Below, in pieces: positions 42,650 through 57,589 of a DNA stretch of 64,000 bases (the first letter of the stretch is position 1; each line of letters begins with the position of its first letter). The notes beneath the pieces are model-generated. The model saw nothing but the letters and a program-made list of their open reading frames with translations. It did no database searches and was not told the origin of the DNA. The DNA comes from the human T2T-CHM13v2.0 reference genome, Homo sapiens: NCBI RefSeq assembly GCF_009914755.1, contig NC_060938.1; one strand, 5' to 3'. A program made the translations under genes and the position numbers.

Positions 42650-43495
42650 GTACTACTTTCTGAGCATATACACAAAAAAATTAAATGCAAGGACTCAAAC
42701 AGGTATTTGTACACCCACATTCACAGCAGCACTGTTCACAACGGCCAAAAGGGGGGAACAACCCAAATGTCCATCAACAGATGAACGGAGAAACCAAACA
42801 TGGTCATACATACAATGGACTATGATTCAGCCTTAAAAAGGGAGGAAATTCTGACACATGCTGCAACATGGACCAACCTTCAAGACATTCTGCTAAGTGA
42901 AAATAACCCAGACACAAAAGAATAAATGCTATATGATTCCACTTACATGGGGCCCCTAGAGTAGTCAAATTCATAGAGGCAGAAAGTAGAATGGAATTAT
43001 CAGGACTGGGGGTCAGGAATTGTTCATGGGTACAGAGTTTCAGTTTTACAAGATGAAAAGAGTTCAGAAGATGGGGCTGGGCGCTGCGGCTCACACCTGT
43101 AATCCCAGCACTTTGGGAGGCTGAGGTGGGCGGATCACAAGGTCAGGAGTTCGAGACCAGCCTAGCCAACATAATGAAACCCCGTTTCTACTGAAAATAC
43201 AAAAACTAGCCAGGCATAGTGGCAGGTGCCTGTAATCCCAGCTACTGGGGAGGCTGAGGCAGAAGAATCACTTGAACCCGAGAGGAGGAGGTTGCAGTAA
43301 GCTGAGATTGCGCCACTGTACTCCCAGTCTGGGTGACAGAGTGAGTCGTTGTCTCAAAAAAAAAAAAAAAAGAGTTCAGGAGATGGATGCTGGTGATGGT
43401 TACGCAACAACATACATGTACTTAATGCTGCTGAACTGTACGTACACTTCAAAATGGCTAAAATGGTAAATATCATATTATGTATCTTTTACCAT
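42650..43495 (+). mobile_element. L1MB-like 3' end, interrupted by an Alu
   Basis: AAACAACCCAAATGTCCATCAACAGATGAA, GGAAATTCTGACACATGCTGCAACATGGA and AAAATGGCTAAAATGGTAAAT. Confidence 0.88.
43075..43367 (+). mobile_element. Alu (AluS-like)
   Basis: TSD AAAAGAGTTCAGAAGATGG (43056-43074) / AAAAGAGTTCAGGAGATGG (43368-43386). Confidence 0.95.
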
Positions 43496-43565
43496 CATAT
43501 ATATGCGTGTGTGTATATATATATATATAAATCAAACATATAAAATCTGTGGTATAGAAAAATAA

Positions 43566-43911
<346 letters not shown>

Positions 43912-44250
43912 CTAAGCATGTCAAACTTTTATCATAAAACAAAACAGATATTGAAGACTTGTAAATCAAAAACATTTCAAATTGTGATTCAGGAGGGTGT
44001 TTAAGACCTCCAGTTAGAGGGGGGCAATGTTATCACCTGCCTGCCCTCCTTGCCACCAGCACCAGCCTGCCTGCAGAAGGCCAAGAAACTCTCCCAAGAA
44101 GCGACGAAGGCAGACGAACGGCAGGGCAGCTGGATAGCACAGGCCTTCCCTGGCCCCCCGCCCTTTGAGAAACAGTGGCAGGGAAGCGCCACCCATGGCC
44201 AGAGGCAACGGGGTGACGGGCAGGCTCCTCCCTGGGCCCTGACTCCAGGG

Positions 44251-44283
44251 TGACTCAGGCGCTGGTTTCCCCGGAAGGAAGTG
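44251..44283 (+). promoter_or_regulatory. AP-1 + ETS composite motif (candidate intronic enhancer)
   Basis: TGACTCA at 44251-44257 and CCGGAAGGAAGTG at 44271-44283, in non-repeat, GC-rich sequence. Confidence 0.4.
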
Positions 44284-44869
44284 AGCCAGCCGACTCTCTT
44301 TTTCCCTTTCTAGGAAGACACAAGGGAATGACTTGGCCCAATCCCAGGGGCCCAGCCTTTTTACTCAGACTGTTATGGAGAAACCACCCCACCGTCCTCC
44401 ACTACAGGAGAGGAAGCCAGAGTGAGGAGGGAGAGAAAGAGGAAACAGCTCATCCCACAGAGGAAGATACAGAAAAGGGGAGGCACAATGGACAAGACAG
44501 GGCCTTGTCTTTCTAACCTCAACTCCCAACATAAATGCCCAAGGAGGGATGCATGGAAGCTCTGCAACCCCACAGACTTGGGCTCTGGTCCTGACGTTCC
44601 CGCTGACTAGCTGTGTGCCCTTGACTCCGTTTCCCCAACTCTAACGTGAAGGTGATGCAACATTTGATATCCAAGGCCCCTTTCAGCTCTGAAACTCCAG
44701 GCTCCTGTAAAAGCCGGGTGATGGGCTGGGACTGAGGAAGGCCTGGAGAAGACTGGACGTGGTCTTGGAACAGGGAGAGCTTTGGGTGTGGAGACTCGTG
44801 CCTGGTACCCCTCCCAGAAGTAATGGCTCTAAGTGCAGCACCAGTGTCCCCACCCTCAGGCCAAGTAAC

Positions 44870-45010
44870 CCCATCATTCATTCACTCATTCATTCGTTCG
44901 TTCATTCATTCAAGATTTTCTAAACTCTTACCCTGTGCCAGGTACTATACTAATGCTGGCAAACAGCAGTGAACAAGCGCAGCCTTGTGAACTTCCCATT
45001 GGGTCTGAAG
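44870..45010 (-). mobile_element. L2 3' end with (TTCA)n
   Basis: CATTCATTCACTCATTCATTCGTTCGTTCATTCATTCAA...CTGTGCCAGGTACT. Confidence 0.75.
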
Positions 45011-45730
45011 ATCTTTCACCCTACTCCCTGTCCCCAGGGCCGGCCCTTTAAGGGAGTAGAGCATGGAAGAGCAAAACAAACAGTAGCCAAAAGGGAAGCC
45101 ACATGAAGCTGGCAAAAGAGCAGTGAGCCAAGCTGAGAGCTGAGGGAGGTCTGGTTCAGTCTCCAGCTTTCCGGGCCTCAGTTTCTTTATCTGACAGAGG
45201 GGGCTGGCTCTGGTTTCTGTGGGACCTTCCAGCGCTGGTAGTCTAGACATCCTAGGGATTGACTCAACTTCTCAATCCTGGGATCGCCAGAGGGAGGCCT
45301 GCTGGAGGCCAGCCCTGGGCAGCTTCTGACAGGCCCCAGCTTGGACTCCGCAGCAGCAATGACCCACCCGGGACCTTGCGGGCTGCAGACAGGTCGAAGT
45401 GACAGGCGGCCAACGGCAGGGAGTTCTGGGGCACAAAGAATACAGCTTCAGCCTGGCAAAGTCCAGCTGCTGGAGGCTGCCTGAAAGCAAACATCTGGCT
45501 TTAACTGCAGAGATAAAATGGATGTCACATGCAGTTTTCTCCAAGTTGTAACTGTCGGGCTTGGGATGGGGTCAAAGAATGAGAAGGAAGGTAGATATGT
45601 GCCCTGTCCCTGTGCCGCAATGCCTAGTAGGGGAAAGCGGCATCCCGCCCACCCCCCATCCCTGCTGGATTTTAACCATAAACACAGCCCTTTTCTGAAG
45701 GCACAGGCTTAACACAAACCAGATGCGGTA

Positions 45731-45740
45731 GGGACTTTCC
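45731..45740 (+). promoter_or_regulatory. Canonical NF-kB site GGGACTTTCC
   Basis: Exact match to the classical kappa-B decamer. Confidence 0.4.
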
Positions 45741-46647
45741 CCCACCCCCTACCTTGGCCCTAAAATTAAACGTTCAGTATCTTCTCTGCCAAACCTCACT
45801 TGAAGTCCGAGCCTTAAAGAGCCAGAGCCTCCGGTTCTCACCCTCACACACTCTCAATCACATCTCCACTTAAACAAAATGTCAAAGTCCCCCAAATGGA
45901 AAGTGTGGATGGAGCAGCCCCCAGGAGGGCCTGACACCCAAGCAGGGCACGGGCAGATTTGAAAGGAGAAGGAATGCTGATCCTCCACCACCAGTGACGC
46001 CACCAACCCAGAAGGGATGGAAAGGGTTTCCTGAGAGGGTCGGGGGGATGATTTCCCATCCCTAGGGGCATCTGCCACTGGAACACAGCCAACCCACAGG
46101 GAGTCAGCCTGCGCACCCACCCCTGTCCCCAGGGGACTCTGGAGATTCCTGGAAGAGCTTATTTCCTGGACTTCAGTTTCCAATCTCTAGAAAACAGGGT
46201 GAATAACAGACATCTTATTTAACTCTGAGCTCACTCACAGCTGTGATGATCTGAAAATCCCTCTTAGGCAAACTCAACTCTGCTGGTCTTCCTAGGTTTC
46301 CCCAATGCCGGGCTGGTTGTTTCCCTGTCCTGAAAGCTCTCCTGGTCCTTCTTCCAGCCCCAGCTAAAGGCCCAAACCACTCCACCCACTCCCTACCCTC
46401 AGCCTCCATGTCCCCCACTCCATGCCTGAGCCATGCATCAGCCTCAGCACTAATCAGCGTGCCCAGCACAGGGACATCTTATCTCCCCAGCAAAGACACA
46501 TATCCTCTGCCCTTAAGCTCAGAGGACCACATCTTACACTGTGCGTACTCCGCAGAGCCTGGCAGTGCACAACACACACTAAAGATGCTCAAAGTGGGTC
46601 ATTCAATCTCACCCAGTTGCCATGACTCCTTAAGAAAAGGGACAAGT

Positions 46648-46948
46648 GACCAGGCACGGTGGCTCACGCCTGTAATCCCAGCACTTTGGGAGGCCGAGGC
46701 AGGCAGATCATGAGGTCAGGAGTTCCAGACCAGCCTGGCCAATATGGTGAAACCCCATCTCTACTAAAAATACAAAAAAAAAAAAAAATTAGCTAGGCGT
46801 GGTGGCATGCGCCTGTACTCCCAGCTACTCGGGAGGCTGAGGCAGAAGAATCACCTAAACCCAGGAGGTGGAGTTGCAGTGAGCCAAGATCGCGCCACTG
46901 CACTCCAGCCTGGGCGACACAGCAAGACTCTGTCTCAAAAAAAAAAAA
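46648..46948 (+). mobile_element. Alu (AluS-like)
   Basis: TSD AAGAAAAGGGACAAGTGA (46632-46649 / 46949-46966). Confidence 0.95.
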
Positions 46949-47297
46949 AAGAAAAGGGACAAGTGATAGTAGAAAAATATTTGAAGAGGAATGATGCTTC
47001 AGATAGAAATTCTCTGACTTGCCATAAAATTTAAATACTAATTTTTTAAAATAATGAATCCTCTAGCCTTAACATAGCCATTTGTATTTTTACATATTAT
47101 CTTCCTTATTTACACTACTTACTACACTATCTTCCTTATTTACAGTACGATCAATTATAATGTATTACTCTTTAGTGTTCTCCGACTTTCAACAGTCTGT
47201 TGAATATTTTATTCCTGTATAATCTTCCTAATTATCATTTTTAAAGGCTGCAAAAATACTACACCACCATGATGTATCAGGATGGATAGTTTGTTAA

Positions 47298-47692
<395 letters not shown>

Positions 47693-48999
47693 TTAAGCAT
47701 GTCTTTCTTTCGGCTGGACAGTTTCCTTAGGACACACTCCTGGGGGGTGAAATTACAGGGCTAAAGGGTCTGAGCATTTTCATAGCTTTTGCTGCATCAA
47801 CAGCCATGATGCTAACCTGAAGGCTGTGCCAATGTGCAACACCTTAAGAAATGAACACATCACTCGCTCTATTAGAACCTTGCCCTGGTCAGACTTTTTT
47901 TCTTTTTAAAAATTGTTCCTCAGCTAAGTTGCTTTGACTGGAAGATTTTGCCTTCTCTGGGCCTCCAGATGAAGTGTCCTGGAGATCCTTTTTCTTAAAT
48001 CTTAGCTTCAAGTCCCAGCTCCTCTTTACTAATCCTTCTCGTCAACCTAGTCCACTCTGATGCAAGCAGACCTGTAACAGCTCCCCTGGCAGCCTCCATG
48101 CCACACTCAATTCTGCTCCCCCATCATCAGCCTCCCTCTATTTCTGAGCTTCCTGGTCCCCATATACACTGTGGCCTCCACATCTACCCTATGAAGCTCC
48201 CACAGGGAAAAAGAGGGAAGCAGCCAGAGGGTTTCTTGACCTAGAGCCTCCAAAATGAACCCCAGGTGTGGAGTCAGTAGGAGATTGCATGTAAACTGAG
48301 TCCTGCAGGCCTCCTAGGCTTCCCATTGCCTGGGAATGTCTCAAGGGAGCTGTCTGAGTCTATCCCAGCAAAACACACAACTGCTGGCAGACCCCCAGGC
48401 TGAAATGATCCAGTCTCATGACAATGACTAGGCGCTCACCGTGTCTAGAGCCAACCCAAACCCCTACTGTCACGCGGTTTGAAAGAAAGCTAGAACCCAG
48501 ACAACAGTCCACAGTCAGAATTTGGCTCAACTGAGACTAGAGGATCAGAGGTCACTCCGGTGGGCCAACCAGGGAAGCAGGGCGAGGCAGGAAGCAGAAA
48601 GTTAAAAAGCCCTCTCTCCGCAGGAAACCAAACAGAGTTGGGCAGGTCATTGAAGGACACAGATGTTTGCGCTCGGTGGCAGGGGAGGACCTGCTGAGCA
48701 GGGTGAGAGGGATCAGTGGGCAGGGTGGGCCACCTGCCTGATATGGATGGCCCCTCAGAATCCCTGGGATGAATCACTGATCAGCAGGGCCTCCACTGCT
48801 AGCACTGCAGTGTTGCTTTAAAGCAGCCTTGCAGAGAGCCAACCAGACCACGTGCTCCAAATCCAAAAGCAGTTTACAACCAGGAAAGCAATAACAGATT
48901 GCCTTTCCTTTCTTCACTTTTGCTCTAAGTCATGGGGGTTTGGCGTCCAGAAGAAATACTTGATTCACATTTGGGGGTGGCTAGTGAATTTACGGTCTA

Positions 49000-49374
<375 letters not shown>

Positions 49375-52056
49375 TTAAAGGGGGAAAAAATGTAAAGGAA
49401 TTGAGTTCATTTAGCTAAACTCTTTCCATTCAGACTGAAGCAATAATATTCCTCCAGATAATCCTTCATAGGGTTATCTAGCTTTATCTAAAAATTAAGT
49501 AGGGCGCTTGCTGGAAATGCAGATTTCTGGGCTCTAACAGAGCATTTGGTTCAGGAGGTCTGGAAAAGGCCCAGGAAGCTACAGTTTTACACAAACCTAG
49601 GTGGTCCACGGGCCATCCTATAAGGAATATAGCCTTGGAGTGAACCTCTCCACTTGGGTAGCAGAGGGTGGACATACCCAGGGGAGCTAGAATATCTACA
49701 AGGAAGTTGTGGTCACCTGCAGCGAATGATCACTGAATACAGCTTAGGCAGGAGGCCCCTCATTGCATGACCCACCTCCAATCCTCATCGCAAAGGAACC
49801 TCTCCTTCACAGACCAAAGCACAAGTCACTCTTGTCTCCTCAAGTCCCTCTCTCTCTCTCTCCCAGTTACCATGAATCTTAGTTGGACCAGCCTTTAGAG
49901 TTCATTGTGGTTTTCTGGGTGGGGAGAGACAAAGCGGGTAGAGTGTCTAACAAACCAGACAGAACAAATCAATCCCAGCCCATCCACATGGCCACAAGCT
50001 GGAGGCATCACGAGATCCCAACAGGGAGCTCTTCACCCAAACAACACAAACAGCAGCTGAGACATTCCAGTGGCTTCCCCCTTCTCTGCCCCAAGGAAAC
50101 ATCCCCAAACCAAGATTCTCTCTGGTGAATCCCATGGTTCCAAAGTTCTAATCATCCACAGCCCCTGGAAATTGGAAAACTGAAAGCTGTTTGCAACTAT
50201 GTGTCAGATGGGCTGGCCGGAGGATACACAGCTCTAAGAACATCGAGCATCTATCTTGAAGGCACATCTCTAACAGAGTCTGTCTGAGAGTTCCATGCAT
50301 GGTAAGAGGGGTTTGGATAAGATGCCATCATTTAGGCATTCATCCCCTCTTCCCCTAAGAGACACCTGTGACCTCCAGCTGTGGTCCCTGCCCAGATCCC
50401 ACCCAACTCAATGAAACTGCTAGAGTGGCAGGAGAGGGGGCCTTCTGTGCATCAGCTCCTATATGCTGAACAATGACTCGGCCATCAGGTGTGCCACTGC
50501 TGTGTGCACAGTGCCCAGCACACCTGCCATGCCCATTCTGGCATTTAAAGCCATCCGGGAACTCTTTGATCAGTCATTACAGTTCCTAAGGACTGAAGCC
50601 TCGCTCTCTATTTGAGGTCAAGTAATTCCACGAATGGACCATCTTCTTCCTGCCCCATATTCTGGGAAATTCAGTCTGACATGTAACTGCTTAGGTGATG
50701 GTGGAGCTACCCAGTAACAGAAGCAACTCTGTGGGTTGCAGGGGGTCAGCAACCCTCAGCCCACAACCAGTACCCTGGTCAAGAGTTCAGCAAGGCATCT
50801 GGCCAGCATGGGAAGGGGTCTCCCTGCCCTGGAAGCTTCCTCCTAATGACAGGGGAGTAGAGGGGCGTGTCTACCTGGCCCAGAGAACGTCTGGTTCAGC
50901 GAAGTGAAGAGAGGGAAGTGAGAGACGGCAGGTTTAGGTTCTCATTTATGATCGCTCGCACTTCCCTTCCATTTTACCAAACACCCTGGCTCTCCAGACA
51001 AGCCTCAGAGCCAGACAGGAACTTGAGGAACGTGGTCAGGAGTCAGATCTGGGCAAAACTTTCCCAGGCGATTCCACCACTTCTCACACCGAAGCGCATC
51101 AGCCCGGGGTCCCGACCTCTTGGGTTTCACGCCTGGCAGGTGGTAGCTGTTGAGGAATCTACTAAGAAGCCAATCAGTGATAATTTAACATTTCCTCCCA
51201 AACATTTAGACATTTAAAAGTTTTCTAAACCGCTTTCTATGATTAACAGATTAATAGGTTAACAGGGCCTTCAAAACCTTAGAAATGTATGCTCAGAGGC
51301 AGACAAATTAGTGGCTGAGAAGACCGTTTGAGGCAGAGGAAAATCAGGTGCCCCATGCACCTAGACAGACTACTAGCAGGGGACTGTCCGAGGCTCAAAC
51401 CCCTGCCTGACAAGAGACGAGTTCACTGCAGCAGTGAACCAGGTGTGTGCACCAGGCCACACACCTCTGTGCTCTCAGGGTGGTAGAATTTCTGCTAATT
51501 CTTATTTTCTTCTTTGTAGTTTGCTGTAGTTTCCAAATTTTCCACAATAAATATTACTTTCCTTTTCAATTAAAAAAAAAAACAGGTGGCACATTAAGCT
51601 GGTCAGTCTTTTGAAAGCAATTGATTCACATGGAAAAGGACTCAGAAATGATCCTTTCCGAGTATGATCAAAAAACCCAGCTCCTGGATATTATCCAAAA
51701 ATGCAGGAAAACATCCACATGAAAGGAATATTTATAGAGGCATTATCTACGATAGGCCAAAACTGGAAACCACGGAAGTGTCCAATAATGGAAGAATTAT
51801 TAGCAGAGGACATGCCAGCAGCCAGGGCGTGAGGCAGCTGGTAAGGGGGACTTGCCCAGGCCCAGCCCCGACTGACCACACTGTTTCCTTCCTGAAGGGC
51901 CTCATCCCAGTTCTGTGGGCAGATCCCAAACTGCTTCTAGAAGACAACTTTGGCCTCGACAGCCATCCTTCTGGAAAGGGAGAGTGGGCCAGGCTCTCAT
52001 TTTCATAATAAAAAAGCAGCTTTGCCCTTCACATGCTTAGCACCCAAAACAAATAT

Positions 52057-52123
52057 TCAGGTTGGTGCAAAATTCCCATTACATTTAATGGCAAAACCCG
52101 CGATTACTTTTGCACCAACCTAT
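52057..52123. mobile_element. MADE1 (Hsmar1-derived MITE) with an internal deletion in the left arm
   Basis: AGGTTGGTGCAAAA (52059-52072) / TTTTGCACCAACCT (52108-52121); central CCATTA-CATT-TAATGG. Confidence 0.9.
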
Positions 52124-52642
52124 TAGCTCTCTTTTCTGTGAAGACCTCAGAAAACCTCTGAACTCAGAGCCAGGAGTCCACACAGCCTGCTCTCCAGCTC
52201 CTGTCAAACAACTGCCACGACAGAGTCTCCAAGAAGTGCTCAAGAGTATCTCAAAGGACTTGTGCCTCTCTGAGGTTAAACCTCTGGAAACAGTGGAGCT
52301 CGAGTTCATTGCCTCAGCTCCCCACAGAAATGCCTTCCTACAAGTGTGATTTAACACCATACCTGTGGCTTTCAATGGGAGCTGATTTAAGAAACAAGTA
52401 TACAAAAAGTTTCTGTGTGTTCCATGAAACTAATACTGACAGCACTGTTTACTGCACCACTCTCCTAAAATGGTAAAACTCAGCTTTTAGTGCTTACAAA
52501 AAGTGCCCCTTTCTCGTGAACTGGTATACTTTCTTTTACTAAGAAATAAACACTTGATACTTCCAAGTTCTCTTTTTGCTTCGGCTGCCAGGAAGCTCAG
52601 AACCAGGGTCAGGGTTGACTTACAAAAACTAACCTCTTTTAA

Positions 52643-53585
52643 TATTAGGCTAGGCGAAATAAGCAAGACATAGCAAATACTGCATAATCTAACTTGTACA
52701 TGGAATCTAAAAAAATCAAACTCATAGAAGCAGAGAGTAGAATGGTGGTTACTAGAGCCAGGGGGGTTGAACGAAATGGGGAAATGTTGGTCAAAGGGTA
52801 CAAACCTTCCATCAGGATAGTTACTATTTCTAATAATCCTACAGTTGAGTCCCCAGAACATGTGGGTAAGAGGCAACGACCCTCACACTCCCACTATGCA
52901 GTAGAAAATCCACATATAACTGACTCCCCAAAAACTTAACTGTTGTAGCCTAGTGTTGACTATAAGCCTTACCTATAACATAAACATTTGATTAAAAACA
53001 CATCGACATCCATGTTGTATGTTACATACTGCATTCTTAAAATAAGGTAAGCTACAGAAAAAAATGTTATTAAGAAAATCATAAGGAAGAGAAACTATAT
53101 TTGCTATTCAGTAAGTGGAAGTGGATCATCATGAAAGTTTTCATCCTGGTTGTCTCCACATTGAGTAGGCTGAGGAGGAGGAGAAGAAGGAGGACAGCTA
53201 CTGCTGTCTCGGGGTGGCAGAGGCAGAAGAGGTGGAGGAGGAGGAAGGGGAGGCAGGAGAGGCAGGCACAGTCGGTATAACTTTTATGAAAAAAAATCTT
53301 GTAAGTGAACCTGCACAGTTCAAACCTGTGATGTTCAAGGGTCGGTTGTATATTGTTTATTTGAAATTTGCTAAGACAGCAGATCTTAGTATCCTCATCA
53401 CATATACATACATACAAACAATGACAACTATGTGAGGTGATGGATGTGTTAATTAACTTGATTGTGGTAATCATGTCACAGTGTACATGTCTATCAAATC
53501 ATCACATTGCATAACTGAAATATATATAATTTAAAATTTTCAATTTTACCTCAATAAAGCTGGGGGAATTACATTAAAATTTCTT
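52643..53585 (+). mobile_element. 5'-truncated L1M (L1MA/MB-type 3' end) with a 19-bp TSD, interrupted by Tigger2
   Basis: CTCATAGAAGCAGAGAGTAGAATGGTGGTTA, GAAATTTGCTAAGA and CCTCAATAAAGCTGG; TSD AAAAACTAACCTCTTTTAA (52624-52642 / 53586-53604). Confidence 0.88.
52842..53348. mobile_element. Tigger2-family non-autonomous element (Tigger2a/2b-like)
   Basis: TA|CAGTTGA...TGTTCAAGGGTCGGTTG|TA; internal GTTATTAAGAAAATCATAAGGAAGAGAAA and AAGTGGAAGTGGATCATCAT. Confidence 0.85.
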
Positions 53586-53678
53586 AAAAACTAACCTCTT
53601 TTAACATTGTTTTCTTAACAATTGTCTCACCTCCACTATGACATAGCTCTGGATCTTCTAACTTTAATTTAAAACTCT

Positions 53679-53830
53679 GGCCCAGGCACAGTGGCTCCTA
53701 CCTGTCAACCCAGCATTTTGGGAAGCCAGGCGGGGAGGATCACTTAAGGCCAGGAGTTTGAGAGCAGTCCTGGTGACTTGACAAGAACCTATCTCTATTA
53801 AAAAAAAAAAAAAAATTAAACAACAAAAAA
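53679..53830 (+). mobile_element. FLAM / Alu left monomer
   Basis: GGCCCAGGCACAGTGGCTC...GGCCAGGAGTTTGAG...(A)n. Confidence 0.85.
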
Positions 53831-53842
53831 CTTCTGAAGGAA

Positions 53843-54173
<331 letters not shown>

Positions 54174-57100
54174 TCAAATGCTTTTTGGAAAGAGGCAGGA
54201 AAGTACAAATAAACATGTATTTATGAAACAATCTCTATACTTGGATCTCACTTTCTCCAGGCAAGGAACATAAAGGCTGTGTAACTATATAAGAAAAAGT
54301 GTTTTTGATAAAATGCCAAGTGGGGAAATAAAAAAGCAGAGCTAATTTTTATGTACACTATGATTACCGCTATCAGAATAATGCAGGCATGAAGATTAAA
54401 AATAAAAATAGGTTTCTGAAAATATAAATGGTTATGTTTAGGAGAAAGGGTCTAAGATGGTCATTTTTCTCCCCTAACTTATCTATCTTCTCAAATGGAA
54501 ACAGAGGCCCATGTGGGTGAAGCAAGTAAGGCAAGCAGAGGCTAGAAACGCAGTGTTCCCCTGGGTGTTCTGATGCATCTCACAGGCCGCCACACGGGGC
54601 ACAGGGCGCGGGGGCACGGGGGTGGGCTATAGGCCCTATGTGGATCCTGAGGGACCAGCCCCCAGTGGGTGGTGCCATGGATTTCACAGGGTCTTGGATA
54701 AAAATGGCTTGTACACTCAAGTCACAGCTGTTTGAGATTCTTGCAATACCCCCGACATGTTCTGATCACTCCCTCACAACTGGGCATCTGGGGAGGGGCA
54801 CAGAAGGAGGAGGCAGGAGCCATGACCCTGGCTGGCCTCAGATGCCTAGGACTTGGTGGGCAAACTAGTTGCTCCTCATCCCTCCAGCACCAGATCAGAA
54901 GCCACTCCCCACGGGAAGCATTCCTCATCCACCTCCAGAAACTACCCCCACGCCCGACCGACAGGCATTCACACCCACCCAGCCTGTACTTCTCCTTCAC
55001 AAGACACCCTGAAAGCTTGCCCTCGGCACCCATCTACCCCCTGGACCACAAGCCCTGGCCCAGTACAGCTGTGGCTGGTGTGCAGCCCACATCAGCTGAG
55101 TGGCCGGCAGAGAGAATGGCTCACCCTCTGCAACACAGCCAAGGTTTAGCCAACTAGGCTAGCAGCTTCCCCGAGTCAGGATCCCCACTGATGCCAGAAT
55201 GGCTGGCAGCTGCCTTTATTGCCCTGCATCTTTTACGACAAGAGCCCACATCCAGGGCACGGGCGCCTGGGTGGTCTGAGGAGGGGGTAGAGGCAGGGTC
55301 CACTGCTCAAATTCCCGCCTAGCCTTGGCGAGCAAGCAGGAGAGGCAGGGCTGACTCACCAGCTCGCAGGTGGAGTGAGCTCATTCCCTTCCAGGGCATC
55401 CTTGGAACTGGAAACCCACGGCAGTGATGGTTCCCATGGCAACGGGCCAGCACCTCCTCCACAGCCGCCTTCCCAGGAGCACCATTTGCCTGTGCCCACA
55501 GGTCACTTACCCACCCTCCCCAGCCTAAATCTCAGAACTCAGAGTAAGGAGAGGCCTTGAAGGCCAGGCAATGCAGAGCCCTCCTCCCTCCACACCCCAG
55601 CCCTGCCTGCTTCCAACCTGAGACTACTTCAACACATTTAAGACCATGAAACTCTCGCCCAACCATGCATCCCTTCTTTGGAAGGCTGTTAGAAATTCTA
55701 TTCTGAGCCAGATTCCATCTCCACACAACTCTCACCAAGTCCTACTTCTCCCCATTGGGTCAACCCAACACATCCCCTCTTTCAAATGACAGCCTGGAGC
55801 CTGCTCTAAGCAGCCCAGGTCAATCAAATAGTCCTGATACAGTTTCTGCCCTTCCGCACCCGCTGTGTGGGTTTCTTTGCATGGGATTATATTGGTCTAT
55901 AATCCTCTCAATGTGTGGAGTCTAATTCAGGCAGCCACGCACTGAGCAGGTCTCAGGACAAGCCTGGTGCCTGCTACTGCCCTAAAGATGCCCAGAGCTT
56001 GTCCCTCACTGATTCACCAGTCCTCACTGTTGCCCACTCCCAAATATCTTTCACTCCAGCTGCACCCAGCCCACTCCTCACTCACCTCCTGCCCCTCCCT
56101 CCCCAGAACTTTGCACTCCCTTTTTCTTACCTTTGGTTACACCCTTTGCAGGCCCACCTCCCCTTGACCCTGCCCCCGCACCCGCTTGGCCTGACTCACA
56201 TATTCCAGATTTGATTTTTAGCTCACATGATCACCTCCTCCAGGAAGTCCTACCTGTCTCCTCCAGGATGGGCTGGAGCCTTCCTTGGAACTCCATTCTC
56301 TATACCAGATGTGATATCTTTGTATATGACAAGGAAATTGCCCGTCCCTGGGTCTCTCACTCACAGGCCTCCTTAGAGACAGAGACCATGCATCTGTCCC
56401 TCATCTGGAAAGAATGTCTGCTTTATGTTTGTTAAGTCTGGGTGGCAAGCAGGTAGATATTCATTTTATGATTCTCAATGCTTTTTCTTATGTTTGAAAT
56501 GTCAACTTTAAAAAAAGATGATCCACAGTAAACATGAGTTGAGTAGATGAACTAGGGCTGGCTGCAGTGCCTTCTGCCCCAGTGTGTGTTTGAGAATCTC
56601 ACGTATCCAGCTGAACTCACCCTTCAGAAACTTTCCTCCCACCTGGGGCTGGAACCCAACACCACCTGGCCAGTTATCCAGAGCAGTTAGTTCAAACCCT
56701 CCAGTGAGCACCTGCAACTTGCCTAGCATGGCAGCACCACAAAGATGAGTTTTTATTCATACTATGATATCATTTCTTCTCCGCTTGTCCTTTCTCACTT
56801 GAGAAGTTCCTAGCAGTTCACACTAGCACACTAATCTCAGTGCCAATAAAATAGCCCAGATGATTAAATATTACAGGCAATTCTGTTGCTAATTGCTGAA
56901 GCTGAGTAATGGGTATATGGGAAATCACTATACTATTCTCTCTACTCCTGTGTGTGAATTTTCCATAAGTTTTAAAAAAATTCATTCATTTATTCATGCA
57001 ACTAGCATGCATCATGGATAAAGAGAGAAATCAGAATCATCTCCCCAAGAATTTGTAATTTTATTAAATTCTAAATTGCTTGCTACCTTATGCCACCCCA

Positions 57101-57589
57101 GGAATTAAATATCTATTGGCATTTGTAACATAAAGGTTATGCTGACCCATCAAAGGATGAACAGCAAATAAGGGGCTCCAGCACTGCCTCTCCTGGACTG
57201 TGGGGAGAAAAGAGCCTTTCCAACCCTGCCTATTCCACCTACACTTGAAGGCCCCCATGCACAGGGGCGTCATCAAAAGGCAGCAAGCAGCTGCAGGAAG
57301 CCAACAGCATCCCTCCAACTTAAAGGCAACTTTCCCTCAAAAAACAGGAGTCAAGTACCCTCCATTCTACCTGAGCCACCCCCACCTCCACTGCTCAACA
57401 CAGCACGGGGACTTCAGTCTCCACGACCAGAGAGGGGCCACTTCCCTGGTGCACAGGAATGTACGGGTCAGGAGAGAAGTGTATGGGGCCCGGGAGGGTG
57501 GAGACTCAGCTCCATCTCTCATGAGGGGCCTCCCTTCTCCAGTCAGGGCTGACAGCTGGTGCTTGCTACCAGAAGGAATGAGCTAGCAG

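Noticed and set aside
47098-47144. 17-bp direct repeat TATCTTCCTTATTTACA at 30-bp spacing
   Set aside because: A small local duplication in AT-rich decayed sequence with no evident significance.
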